Below, one piece after another: positions 1-8,057 of a stretch of 64,000 nt of DNA. The stretch's first letter is position 1. Each line of letters begins with the position of its first letter. The notes under the pieces were generated by a model. The model ran no database searches, was not told where the DNA came from, and saw only the letters and a program-made list of their open reading frames with translations. Source of the stretch: Myxococcota bacterium. Lineage in GTDB: Bacteria > Myxococcota_A > UBA9042 > PHBI01 > JACKFB01. A program made the position numbers and the translations under genes. The stretch lies in contig JBNJGB010000032.1 in the NCBI GenBank assembly GCA_051747385.1, forward strand, positions 8,152 to 72,151. Direction: 5' to 3'.

Positions 1-478
1 CGAGCAGGCGCACGTCGGACAGGGACTTCAGCGAGTCCTCCCGGGGCGACACCGCGAGGGTCATCAGGGGGCGCGTGGCGTCCGTGACCCGGTAGATCTG
101 CGGCTGTCGGGCGCCCTCCGGGAGGCTCCCGGTGACCCGGGCCACGGCGTTCTGGACGTCCACGACCGCCTGGCCCACGGACTTCTCGTAGACGAACTCG
201 GCCCGGATGCTGGAGACCTCGTCCCGGGACGTGCTGACGATGCGCTCCAGGCCGGAGACCGTGTTGATCTCCTTCTCCAGGACCTCCGTCACCTGGTCCG
301 ACATGTCCGGCGCGGAGGCCCCGGGCTGGACCGTGACGACGACCACCTGGGGCGGGACCACCTCCGGGAAGAGGTCCGTGGGGGTCCGCCAGAAGGCGAA
401 CGCGCCCAGGCCGACGGCGAGCAGGGTCACGGCCAGGATCACGTGGGGGCGATCGAGGGCGAACCGGGGGAGGCTCAT
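1..478 (-). CDS. RND efflux transporter permease subunit (AcrB/HAE1 family), N-terminal fragment continuing beyond window start
   Basis: Reverse-strand translation from ATG at 476-478 gives MSLPRFALDRPHVILAVTLLAVGLGAFAFWRTPTDLFPEVVPPQVVVVTVQPGASAPDM..., a typical AcrB N-terminus. Its ATG overlaps the adaptor gene stop (ATGA). Confidence 0.8.
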   Translation of the reverse strand, partial: MSLPRFALDRPHVILAVTLLAVGLGAFAFWRTPTDLFPEVVPPQVVVVTVQPGASAPDMSDQVTEVLEKEINTVSGLERIVSTSRDEVSSIRAEFVYEKSVGQAVVDVQNAVARVTGSLPEGARQPQIYRVTDATRPLMTLAVSPREDSLKSLSDVRLL

Positions 479-1671
479 CGGAGCACCTCCACGGCTTCCC
501 CGGCCGACAGGCGGTTCCAGCCCAGGTAGGTGGAGACGACGACCCGACGCCCGGCCTCGAGGCCCTCCACGGCGGCCGTGCCGTCACGGACCAGGAGGAC
601 CCGGACCACGACCGGTCGGGTCCGGCCGTCGTCCACGACGAAGACCGCGGCGCCGCCGTCGGGGGTGTCCACCACGGCTTGCTCCGGGACCAGCACCGCG
701 TCCTCGACCCGGTCGAGCACGACGTCGACCGGGAGCACGCTGCCGGGCCTCAACCCGGTGTCGGGCCCGGCCCACGCCTCCACGGTGAGCGTCCGATCGT
801 CGGACAGGGAGGGGTGAAGCCGCGAGACCTCCAGGACCAGCGGTCCGCCGTCCGGGCCGGCCTCCGGCAGCCTCACCTCGGCGCCGGGGCGGATCCCGGG
901 GAGGTCGCGCTGGGGCACGTCGAAGAGCACGCGCAGGCGCCGCCGATCCTCCACGACCAGCAGCGGTCGGCCCGGGGCGGCCAGGTCGCCGGGATCGACC
1001 ATGCGGCGGGCCACGACGCCGTCGAAGGGGCTGGAGACCTTCGTGTAGTCCAGGCGCGCCCCCGCCTCGTCGCGGCGCCTGTCCTGCACGTCCACCTGTC
1101 GCCTCGCGGCGGCCAGGGCCTCCTTCGCCGCCTCCAGGCGCCCCTCGGCGTCGTTCGCCTTGTCGGCGGTGGCGTCCGCGACGGCCGGGGGGATGGCGCC
1201 CTCCCGGGCCAGCATCCGATCCCGCTCCAGCTCTCGGGTCCAGTAGCGCACGCTCTCCCGGAGCGAGCGCAGGGTGGCCCGCTGGGACGCCACCTGCGCC
1301 CGGGCCTGGGCGACCTGGGCCTCGACGCCCTCGGCGGCGCTGCCGACCTCGGAGGTGTCGAGCCGGACGAGGGTCTGGTCCGCCTCCACGACGTCTCCCT
1401 CGCGCACCTCGACGGCGCGGACGCGGGCCGTGAGCTGGGCGGAGAGCTCCGCCTCCTGCCACGGGCGGACCCGGCCCAGCCAGGTGCGGGTCTCGGCCAG
1501 GGAGCCCGATCGGGCCTCCGCCGTCCGCACGGGGGTGGGGCGATCCGTCGGGGTCGGCGCGGCGGCGAGCTCGGCCTTCCTGTGCTTGACGAGGAGCACG
1601 GCGCCCACGACGAGCAGGACGACGGGGAGGAGGCGCACCAGGCGCCCGGCGGCTCGTTTCACTTTATTCAT
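475..1671 (-). CDS. efflux RND transporter periplasmic adaptor subunit (HlyD/MFP family)
   Basis: 398-aa ORF with an N-terminal TM anchor, a coiled-coil region rich in A/E/R/Q, and a C-terminal beta-barrel region (YTKVSSPFDGVV, LLVPEQAVV), characteristic of membrane fusion proteins. Confidence 0.85.
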   Translation of the reverse strand: MNKVKRAAGRLVRLLPVVLLVVGAVLLVKHRKAELAAAPTPTDRPTPVRTAEARSGSLAETRTWLGRVRPWQEAELSAQLTARVRAVEVREGDVVEADQTLVRLDTSEVGSAAEGVEAQVAQARAQVASQRATLRSLRESVRYWTRELERDRMLAREGAIPPAVADATADKANDAEGRLEAAKEALAAARRQVDVQDRRRDEAGARLDYTKVSSPFDGVVARRMVDPGDLAAPGRPLLVVEDRRRLRVLFDVPQRDLPGIRPGAEVRLPEAGPDGGPLVLEVSRLHPSLSDDRTLTVEAWAGPDTGLRPGSVLPVDVVLDRVEDAVLVPEQAVVDTPDGGAAVFVVDDGRTRPVVVRVLLVRDGTAAVEGLEAGRRVVVSTYLGWNRLSAGEAVEVLR

Positions 1672-1695
1672 CGTGTGACAACCATTGGTATGCTA

Positions 1696-1716
1696 ACGAA
1701 ATGCACGAACGGGACA
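1696..1716. promoter_or_regulatory. putative MarR operator copy 1 (TTGgTATGCTAAcg) upstream of adaptor gene
   Basis: A 14-nt core TTGnTATGCTAAyn is shared (12/14 identical) with a second copy upstream of the marR gene, and both lie in promoter regions of the same efflux operon. Confidence 0.3.
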
Positions 1717-1738
1717 CTCGGAGGGGGGACCGGCCCGC

Positions 1739-2170
1739 CTACTCCCCGAGGTTCTCCCGGAGCTGGGCGAGGACCCGCTTCGCCGTCTCGATGTCGGCGG
1801 GGTCCACGCCGCGATAGGAGCGGGCGAGGATCTCCTTCGCGATGCCCGAGACCTCGCTCCACACGGCGCGGGCCTCGTCGGTGAGGAGCACCCGCTTCAC
1901 GCGCCGATCGTCCGGGTCCGGGTGCCGCTCGACCCAGCCGTCGCGCTCCATGCGATCCACCAGCCTGGCCGTCGTCGCCGGGCTGATGAACAGGCGATCC
2001 GCGAGCTGGGTCTGGGACAGGGGGCCGGCCGCCACCAGGTGGGCGAGGGCGAGGAACTGGGCCCGGCTCACCCCCGTCTCCTCCAGGTGCGCGTCCAGGC
2101 AGCGCACGAAGGCCTTGAAGGTGATGTTGCAGTGGAAGCCGAGGCTGTCCCAGGGGTTCAGATCGCGCAT
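1739..2170 (-). CDS. MarR family transcriptional regulator
   Basis: The 143-aa C-terminal part of ORF 1739..2530, starting at MRDLNPWD (residue 121), has a winged-helix MarR signature (SRAQFLALAHLVAAGPLSQTQLADRLFISPATTARLVDRMERDGWVER). The upstream ORF residues are R/S/P-rich junk. Confidence 0.8.
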   Translation of the reverse strand: MRDLNPWDSLGFHCNITFKAFVRCLDAHLEETGVSRAQFLALAHLVAAGPLSQTQLADRLFISPATTARLVDRMERDGWVERHPDPDDRRVKRVLLTDEARAVWSEVSGIAKEILARSYRGVDPADIETAKRVLAQLRENLGE

Positions 2171-2204
2171 GGGGGCTCCGGTCGGCGATCGCCGGGGGCG
2201 GTTC

Positions 2205-2228
2205 GTTGCTATGCTAATCATTTCACCG
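2205..2228. promoter_or_regulatory. putative MarR operator copy 2 (TTGcTATGCTAAtc) in marR/HK divergent region
   Basis: Same TATGCTAA core as at 1696-1716. Confidence 0.3.
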
Positions 2229-2405
2229 GGAAGGTTGCAAGCATGGGAACGCGGTCCGCGATCGGGTCGTTTCCCGCACCCCTCGTGTGCGAGCCCGCCC
2301 CTTTGGGAGACCGGTCGAGCGGGGCGGGGCGCGCCGGGCGGCAGCCGTTCGCTGCCCGGGGCTTCGGCCTGGATCTTGCTCTCGAGCACACCGGTGACGT
2401 GCGCC

Positions 2406-3491
2406 ATGCCCCCGGAGGTGCCGATGCTGCGCGGAGACTGCCCGAAGCTGCGAGACGTCCTGGACGGCCTCCGGGAGCCGATCATGGTCATCGACACGGA
2501 GTACAACGTCCGCCTGGCCAACCAGGCCATGATGGACCTCGATCCCGACTCCCTGCGCAGGCCGGTGCGCTGCTACGAGATCTCCCACCGGAGGACCGAG
2601 CCCTGCAGCGGCGAGGCGCATCCCTGTCCGCTCGCCCGCGTGACCGAGACCGGCCGGACCATGACGGTCACCCACGAGCACACCCGGGACGACGGAGACG
2701 TCGCCTTCGTGGAGATCGTGGCCTCGCCCCTGTGGAACGACGAGGGCGAGTTCCTCGGCATCGTCGAGTCCGGCCGTGACATCACCGAGCGGGTCCGCGC
2801 CCAGCAGGCCCTGGAGCAGGCGCTGCGGGACAAGGAGCTCCTGATGCGGGAGATGCACCACCGGGTGAAGAACAACCTGCTGGTCATCCAGAGCCTGCTC
2901 CAGCTCCAGTCTCGACAGCTCGACGACGCGGAGGCCCGCCGCTACTTCGACGAGAGCCAGCACCGCGTCCGCTCCATGGGGATGATCCACGAGCGCCTCT
3001 ATCGCTCCCAGGACTTCTCCCGCGTCGAGTTCGACGGCTACGTGCGCAACCTCGTCGAGCAGCTCCTGGCGAGCTATCGGGTCGGGCTCGACGACGTCGA
3101 GATGGTCGTGGACATCCCCCCGATCTACCTGGACGTGGACACGATCATCCCCTGCGGGCTCATCCTGAACGAGCTGATCTCCAACGCCCTCGAGCACGCC
3201 TTCCCCGACGATCGCGAGGGGCGGCTGGAGGTCTCCCTCCGGGAGATCGAGCCGGGCCGGTACGAGCTGCGGGTGGCGGACGACGGCGTCGGCCTCCCCG
3301 GGGACCTGGACGTGCACGCCATCGGCTCCCTGGGCCTGAAGATCGTCACGTCGCTCGCGCGTCAGCTCGGCGGCAGCCTGGACATCGACCGGGGCGAGGG
3401 CACGGAGTTCCGGATCACGTTCACCGATCCCGAGGCCAGGGATCCCGCGCGTCCCGAGGCGTCCCAGGCGCCGAGCCGCCGGGCGGGATAG
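2406..3491 (+). CDS. PAS-domain sensor histidine kinase (HisKA_2/HWE-type dimerisation domain plus HATPase_c)
   Basis: From MPPEVPMLRGD (residue 189 of ORF 1842..3491): a PAS-like region (VIDTEYNVRLANQAMMDL ... FVEIVASPLWNDEGEFLGIVESGRDITER), a phospho-His box (EMHHRVKNNLLVIQSLL) and ATPase G-boxes (DDGVGLP, GSLGLKIV). The residues upstream of this start are low-complexity. A GTG at 2394 is an alternative start. Confidence 0.75.
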   Translation: MPPEVPMLRGDCPKLRDVLDGLREPIMVIDTEYNVRLANQAMMDLDPDSLRRPVRCYEISHRRTEPCSGEAHPCPLARVTETGRTMTVTHEHTRDDGDVAFVEIVASPLWNDEGEFLGIVESGRDITERVRAQQALEQALRDKELLMREMHHRVKNNLLVIQSLLQLQSRQLDDAEARRYFDESQHRVRSMGMIHERLYRSQDFSRVEFDGYVRNLVEQLLASYRVGLDDVEMVVDIPPIYLDVDTIIPCGLILNELISNALEHAFPDDREGRLEVSLREIEPGRYELRVADDGVGLPGDLDVHAIGSLGLKIVTSLARQLGGSLDIDRGEGTEFRITFTDPEARDPARPEASQAPSRRAG

Positions 3492-3494
3492 CGA

Positions 3495-4067
3495 TCAGTC
3501 CTTCCCCAGCATCCCCTCCTTGAGCCCCTCGTTCGGGGGCTCGGGGCCCAGCCAGATGGCCATGAGGACCCGCGCGAAGTCCTCGCCCGGGATGGTGCCC
3601 ATGGCCTTGCCGTTGGCGCTCAGGCGGACGCCCTCGCCCGGGAGGAAGTCGAGGATCACGCGATCGTCCTCCTCGACGTCGGTGGTCCAGCTCTCCAGGC
3701 GCGCGACCTTGGGCCGCATGGCGCTGTACTTCGAGCCGGCGTTGTCCTCGAACCCCTCGCGCCACGCCTCGACGATGTCCTCCCGGTCCACGTCGCGGAC
3801 GAAGTGCATGATGACGCGCTTCGCGCCGTCGGAGCGCAGGATGGCCGCCGCGCTGGAGGTGCGCTTCGGCAGGTACAGGCCCGCCACGTAGACGTCCACC
3901 TTGAAGATGGTCGCTTCGCGGATGCCCATGCCGTTGAGCACGAGGGACTCGCCGGCCAGCTCCGCGCGGTCCGGCATGGTCACGCCGCCCTTGTCCGCGG
4001 CGAGGGCGGGACTCGCCGCCAGGAGCAGGGCCGCCGTCGCCAGCATCATCCAGGTCGCTCGCTTCAT
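3495..4067 (-). CDS. chalcone isomerase-like family periplasmic protein (signal peptide)
   Basis: The last 190 aa of ORF 3495..5609, from MKRATWMMLATAALLLAASPALA (signal peptide), carry GMGIREATIFKVDVYVAGLYLP, typical of bacterial chalcone-isomerase-like proteins. The upstream part of the ORF is R/P/G junk. Confidence 0.7.
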   Translation of the reverse strand: MKRATWMMLATAALLLAASPALAADKGGVTMPDRAELAGESLVLNGMGIREATIFKVDVYVAGLYLPKRTSSAAAILRSDGAKRVIMHFVRDVDREDIVEAWREGFEDNAGSKYSAMRPKVARLESWTTDVEEDDRVILDFLPGEGVRLSANGKAMGTIPGEDFARVLMAIWLGPEPPNEGLKEGMLGKD

Positions 4068-4102
4068 CGCTCGTCTCCGGGCAGGGGGGAATCGGGGCCG
4101 GC

Positions 4103-5554
4103 TCAGGCGCTCAGCTCGTGGGCCAGGAGGCGGTCGAACTCCTCCAGCTCGGCCTCGTGGAGGCTCTTCTCCTCCTCGTCCGAGGAGAACACCGTGTGGC
4201 CGAACACCACCTCCTCGAGGCGGGCGCTCTCCCGGGCGCGCCGGGAGGCGTCGTACTGCGCGGCGATGGTGGGGAACCGATAGACCATGTCCCCCTCCTC
4301 GGTGACCTCGAGGTCGCCCTCGTAGTCGAGCACGAGGCGATCGGCCTGGCCCTCGGGGAGGGCGTCCTCGGTGATCGTCCGGGCCTGGCCGTCCCGGGCG
4401 GACTCGAAGACGGTCTTCATGCCCCGGCGGCGCGCGTTCTCCTGCTCGGCCCGGCGCACGGCGGCGCGGCGCTTCAGCCGGCGGCCCAGGGGCACCCCGA
4501 AGAAGACCAGGCTGAACACGAAGGGGACGACGCCGAGCGCGATGGTCGCGGCCATGGGCAGGGCCGGGCCGAAGAGCACCACGCTCGACATGACCAGGTT
4601 GAAGCTGTTCAGGCCCGTGATCCAGCCGTTCGACTTGCGCGGGTTGCCGGTCAGCGGCGGGACGCGGACCTCCTGCTCCCAGATGGGCCGCGGCTCGCGG
4701 GCGGCGCCGCCCTGCTCGTCGGCGGTCACCCGGAGCTCGTCGAAGCGATAGACGAGGACGCCCTCCTCGGTGACGTCCACGTCGCCCCGGAAGCGGACCA
4801 CGCCGGCGGTCAGCGCGGCGTCGGCGTGGTCCAGGCTCTGGCCCGACCGGGAGGCCCACTCGGCGGCCGTGATGCGACCCTCTCGCGCGCGGACGAACCG
4901 CGCGAAGTCCCGCCCCGTCTCCAGGAGGTCGGGCTCGGGCTCCTCGGGGCCGAACACGTACTGGAAGATGCGCTGGTAGAAGGGGCGCTTCGGCTTCTTG
5001 TGGGGCTTCCTGCGCATCCGGCGCCCGAACCGGCCGTGGGGCACCATGGCGCTGTCGAAGAGGTTCCACCAGAACAGGAACTCGAGCATCCGCGCCAGCA
5101 GGTAGAAGGGCAGGATGCCGATCTGCACGCCCGGCCCGTCGTCGTCGTCGCTGCGCATCATCGCCGCGATGCCGGCCAGGGCGATGGCCAGCAGGATCAG
5201 GACGAAGAGGACCGTGTAGCCCACCAGCATGACCATGATCCAGACCTTGAAGGCCACGACGAAGGCCTTCCAGAGGGCCGCCCGGATCCGGCGCCACACG
5301 CTGCCCGGCTGCTTGCCCCGGCGCGCCATCTCCGGGTCGAAGCGGTAGCGGAGGTTGCCCGCGTCGTCGACGTCCAGGTGGCTCCGGTACACGGACAGCA
5401 TCCGGCGCATCGCCACGTCGGCCTGGTCGTAGGGGAGGCCGGTGTCCGCCGCGACGTCGCCGGTGGTGGCGACGCCGTCGCGCTTCTTCAGGGCGCTCCG
5501 GATGCGCTCCTCCACCTGGTGGTCGGCGAGGGTCTGGCTGGTCTGCTCCTCCAT
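4103..5554 (-). CDS. hypothetical membrane protein with three repeated ~50-aa soluble modules ending in ...LVYRF
   Basis: 483-aa ORF with normal composition, two hydrophobic hairpin clusters (FVVAFKVWIMVMLVGYTVLFVLILLAIALAGIAAMM; LNSFNLVMSSVVLFGPALPMAATIALGVVPFVFSLVFFGV) and three similar modules (GVATTGDVAADTGLPYD...GNLRYRFD; GRITAAEWASRSGQSL...GVLVYRFD; RTITEDALPEGQADR...GDMVYRFP). Confidence 0.7.
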   Translation of the reverse strand: MEEQTSQTLADHQVEERIRSALKKRDGVATTGDVAADTGLPYDQADVAMRRMLSVYRSHLDVDDAGNLRYRFDPEMARRGKQPGSVWRRIRAALWKAFVVAFKVWIMVMLVGYTVLFVLILLAIALAGIAAMMRSDDDDGPGVQIGILPFYLLARMLEFLFWWNLFDSAMVPHGRFGRRMRRKPHKKPKRPFYQRIFQYVFGPEEPEPDLLETGRDFARFVRAREGRITAAEWASRSGQSLDHADAALTAGVVRFRGDVDVTEEGVLVYRFDELRVTADEQGGAAREPRPIWEQEVRVPPLTGNPRKSNGWITGLNSFNLVMSSVVLFGPALPMAATIALGVVPFVFSLVFFGVPLGRRLKRRAAVRRAEQENARRRGMKTVFESARDGQARTITEDALPEGQADRLVLDYEGDLEVTEEGDMVYRFPTIAAQYDASRRARESARLEEVVFGHTVFSSDEEEKSLHEAELEEFDRLLAHELSA

Positions 5555-5670
5555 GGGGGATGCTCCTCGGTGGGTCCGTCACGCCCGGCGCCGCGGGGGG
5601 CTGACGCAAGAGCCTGCGTCATGCGGCGCGTTGTCTCAACATCCGGACGGTCGATCTCCATCCGTGGAGC

Positions 5671-6108
5671 TCACCAGCCCATCCACTTGGCGTACTCGTC
5701 CAGGAAGTCCTGGATGATGTCCTCGCGGGTGAACTCCGTCAGCTCGTACGCCTCGGTGCCCGACCGCATGACGACCTCGGCGTGGGCCACCGTGCCGCCG
5801 TCCTCGCCCATCTCGGGGAAGGCGAAGCTCATCGTGTGGTACACGCGGCCGCGGACCGCGTAGGAGAACTCCTCCTCGCCCTCGTGGAGGACCGTGATGG
5901 AGGCCTGGTACGGCCCCTCGTCGACGTGCACGGTCCGATCGTGCTTCGCCAGCTCCCGCTCCAGCTCCCGGAAGGCCGGGACGACCGTGTCGCGGATGAA
6001 CAGGGTGATGTGCAGGCGGCTCTCCTCGGTGGGGACTCCGCGAGGTCGGCGGCGCCCCGGCGCGCGGGAGACGATTCGCTTCAGGCGGCTCCTCCAGTCC
6101 TTCTTCAT
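5671..6108 (-). CDS. hypothetical protein
   Basis: 145-aa ORF with balanced composition (HITLFIRDTVVPAFRELERELAKHDRTVHVDEGPYQASITVLHEGEEEF). Its start overlaps the BCCT stop (ATGA), suggesting co-transcription. Confidence 0.5.
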   Translation of the reverse strand: MKKDWRSRLKRIVSRAPGRRRPRGVPTEESRLHITLFIRDTVVPAFRELERELAKHDRTVHVDEGPYQASITVLHEGEEEFSYAVRGRVYHTMSFAFPEMGEDGGTVAHAEVVMRSGTEAYELTEFTREDIIQDFLDEYAKWMGW

Positions 6109-7637
6109 CGGGGGTCCTCCGGGTGGGTGGCCAGCTCACGGATGGGGCGCGCGCGACGGCCCGGACGATGCTCGGCGCGCAGCCCCTTGCGGAGGCTCAC
6201 GCACATGGCGATCAGCACCACGCAGAAGGGCAGCGCCGTCGTGATGGCGGCGGTCTGGAGCGCGGCGAGGCCGCCCGTGAGCAGCAGGACGGACGCCACC
6301 GCGCCCTCCGTGAGGGCCCAGAAGATGCGCTGGGCCACGGGCGGGTTCGGCTCGCCCCCGGAGGTCAGGATGTCGATGACGAGGGACCCCGAGTCGGACG
6401 ACGTCACGAAGTAGGTGGCGATGACGAGGGTGGCGAGCGTGACGCTGATGCCCTGCCAGGGCAGGCGCTCGAGCATCACGTACAGGGCCACCGGGACGCT
6501 GTCCTGCACCGCCGCGGCGATGCCGCCGCCCTCGAAGAGCTCCATGTGGATGGCGGTGTTCCCGAAGATGACCAGCCAGAGGAACGTCAGGAGGGTCGGG
6601 ACGAGCAGCACGCCCATGATGAACTGGCGGATGGTGCGCCCTCGGGACACGCGGGCGATGAACATCCCGACGAAGGGCGACCAGGAGATCCACCAGCCCC
6701 AGTAGAACATGGTCCACTTCGACTGCCACTCGGTGCCCACGAAGGCGTCCGTGCGGAATGTCATGGCGACCAGGTCCGACAGGTACGTCCCGACGCTCTG
6801 CACGAAGGTGCCGAGGAGGAAGACGGTCGGGCCGACGGCGAAGACGAACAGCACCAGGATCAGGCCCAGGAAGAGGTTCATCTCGCTCAGGCGCCGGATG
6901 CCCCTGTCGAGCCCGGAGACGACGGAGGCCGTGGCGACCAGGGTGATGCCGGCGATGAGGAAGAGCTGGTTCGTGGTCGAGTGGTCCAGCAGCCCCAGGT
7001 GGGCCAGGCCGGAGTTGATCTGCATGACGCCGAGGCCCAGGGACGTGGCGATCCCGAACAGGGTCCCGAACACCGCCAGGATCTCGACCACGTCGCCGCC
7101 CGCGCCGTGGATGCGCTTGCCCAGCAGGGGATAGAAGGCCGAGCGGATGGTCAGCGGCAGGTCGTGGCGATACGAGAAGTAGGCCAGGGACAGCCCCACC
7201 ACGATGTAGATGGCCCAGGCGTGCATCCCCCAGTGGAAGAAGGTCAGGACCATGGCCTGCCGGGCCGCCTCGACGGTGCCGGGGTCGGCGTGCGGGGGCT
7301 GGCTCATGTGCAGGATCGGCTCCGCGACGCTGTAGAAGAGCAGGCCGATGCCCATCCCCGCGCTGAACAGCATCGCGAACCACGACGTGTTCGAGTAGGC
7401 GGGCTCCTCGTCGTCCTTGCCCAGGCGTATGTCGCCGTAGCGGCTGAAGAACAGGTAGATGACGAAGCCGAGGAAGAAGGCGACCGAGCCGATGTACAGC
7501 CACCCGAACCGGCCCACGATGAACGCCTGGATGGCGTCGAACGCCGCCGCCGTCGGCTCGGTGAACGCCGCCGCCAGCACGACGAAGATCAGGATCACGC
7601 CGGCGGAGACGAAGAACACGACCGGGTTGACCTTCAT
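6105..7637 (-). CDS. BCCT family (betaine/carnitine/choline) transporter
   Basis: 510-aa polytopic membrane protein with the BCCT signature WTMFYWGWWISWSPFVGMFIARVSRGRTIRQF and about 12 TM segments. Confidence 0.85.
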   Translation of the reverse strand: MKVNPVVFFVSAGVILIFVVLAAAFTEPTAAAFDAIQAFIVGRFGWLYIGSVAFFLGFVIYLFFSRYGDIRLGKDDEEPAYSNTSWFAMLFSAGMGIGLLFYSVAEPILHMSQPPHADPGTVEAARQAMVLTFFHWGMHAWAIYIVVGLSLAYFSYRHDLPLTIRSAFYPLLGKRIHGAGGDVVEILAVFGTLFGIATSLGLGVMQINSGLAHLGLLDHSTTNQLFLIAGITLVATASVVSGLDRGIRRLSEMNLFLGLILVLFVFAVGPTVFLLGTFVQSVGTYLSDLVAMTFRTDAFVGTEWQSKWTMFYWGWWISWSPFVGMFIARVSRGRTIRQFIMGVLLVPTLLTFLWLVIFGNTAIHMELFEGGGIAAAVQDSVPVALYVMLERLPWQGISVTLATLVIATYFVTSSDSGSLVIDILTSGGEPNPPVAQRIFWALTEGAVASVLLLTGGLAALQTAAITTALPFCVVLIAMCVSLRKGLRAEHRPGRRARPIRELATHPEDPR

Positions 7638-7659
7638 GGATGCTCCTCCGGCTCGTCGG

Positions 7660-8019
7660 TCAGCCCACCTCGCGTACCAGGGCGGCGCACCGATCGGGAG
7701 CGGCCATGGCGACCTCGAGGGCCACGTTGGCCCCCAGGGACAGCCCGCCGACGACGGCGCGCTCCAGGCCCAGGTGGTCGAGCAGCGCGAGCACGTCCTG
7801 CGCGAACGCCGCCCAGGAGTACCGGCTCGCGTCGGTCGGGCGATCGCTCGGGCCGTGACCGCGCAGGTTCAGCAGGATCACCCGCTGGTCGGGCAGGGCC
7901 CGCCGCAGCCGTACGAACATCCGCGACGACCACAGCAGGCCGTGGACGAGGACGATTGGCGTCCCCGTCCCGTGGTCCACGTAGTGGAGGCGCAGGCCGT
8001 CGTGGGTGAACCAGGGCAT
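7660..8019 (-). CDS. alpha/beta hydrolase fold protein, C-terminally truncated fragment (possible pseudogene)
   Basis: 119 aa: the HG oxyanion motif (VLVHGLLWSSRMF) and the nucleophile elbow GLSLG are present, but the ORF stops about 40 aa after the Ser, before the Asp and His of the triad. Only 22 nt separate it from the BCCT start. Confidence 0.45.
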   Translation of the reverse strand: MPWFTHDGLRLHYVDHGTGTPIVLVHGLLWSSRMFVRLRRALPDQRVILLNLRGHGPSDRPTDASRYSWAAFAQDVLALLDHLGLERAVVGGLSLGANVALEVAMAAPDRCAALVREVG

Positions 8020-8057
8020 GGGGCCCTATAACACGCCACGCGGCCTGCGCGACCGGG

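Noticed and set aside
584-1462. Long ORFs with Arg/Pro/Gly-rich translations that overlap real genes on the opposite strand or in alternate frames: 584..1462, 679..1884, 6123..8009, 6136..7503, 8433..9914, 11316..13058, 11563..13977, 13140..16397, 14320..16230, 23802..25601, 25973..27442, 28755..30197, 28852..30990, 28932..30971, 34049..36760, 36309..37958, 39276..41549, 40709..41900, 45664..47670, 47211..49721, 50327..52624, 55461..57284, 58961..63943 and others
   Set aside because: At about 70% GC, stop codons are rare in all frames. These translations are low-complexity (R/P/G/A often above 50%), lack domain signatures and lie antisense or out of frame to ORFs with clear family motifs.
2237-2405. 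An upstream extension or small ORF at the GGAAGG...ATG (2237) in the marR/HK intergenic region
   Set aside because: The reading frame from that ATG runs out of frame through the kinase gene with junk translation. The in-frame extension of the kinase (MLIISPGRLQAWERGPRSGRF...) is low-complexity, so the start is kept at 2406.
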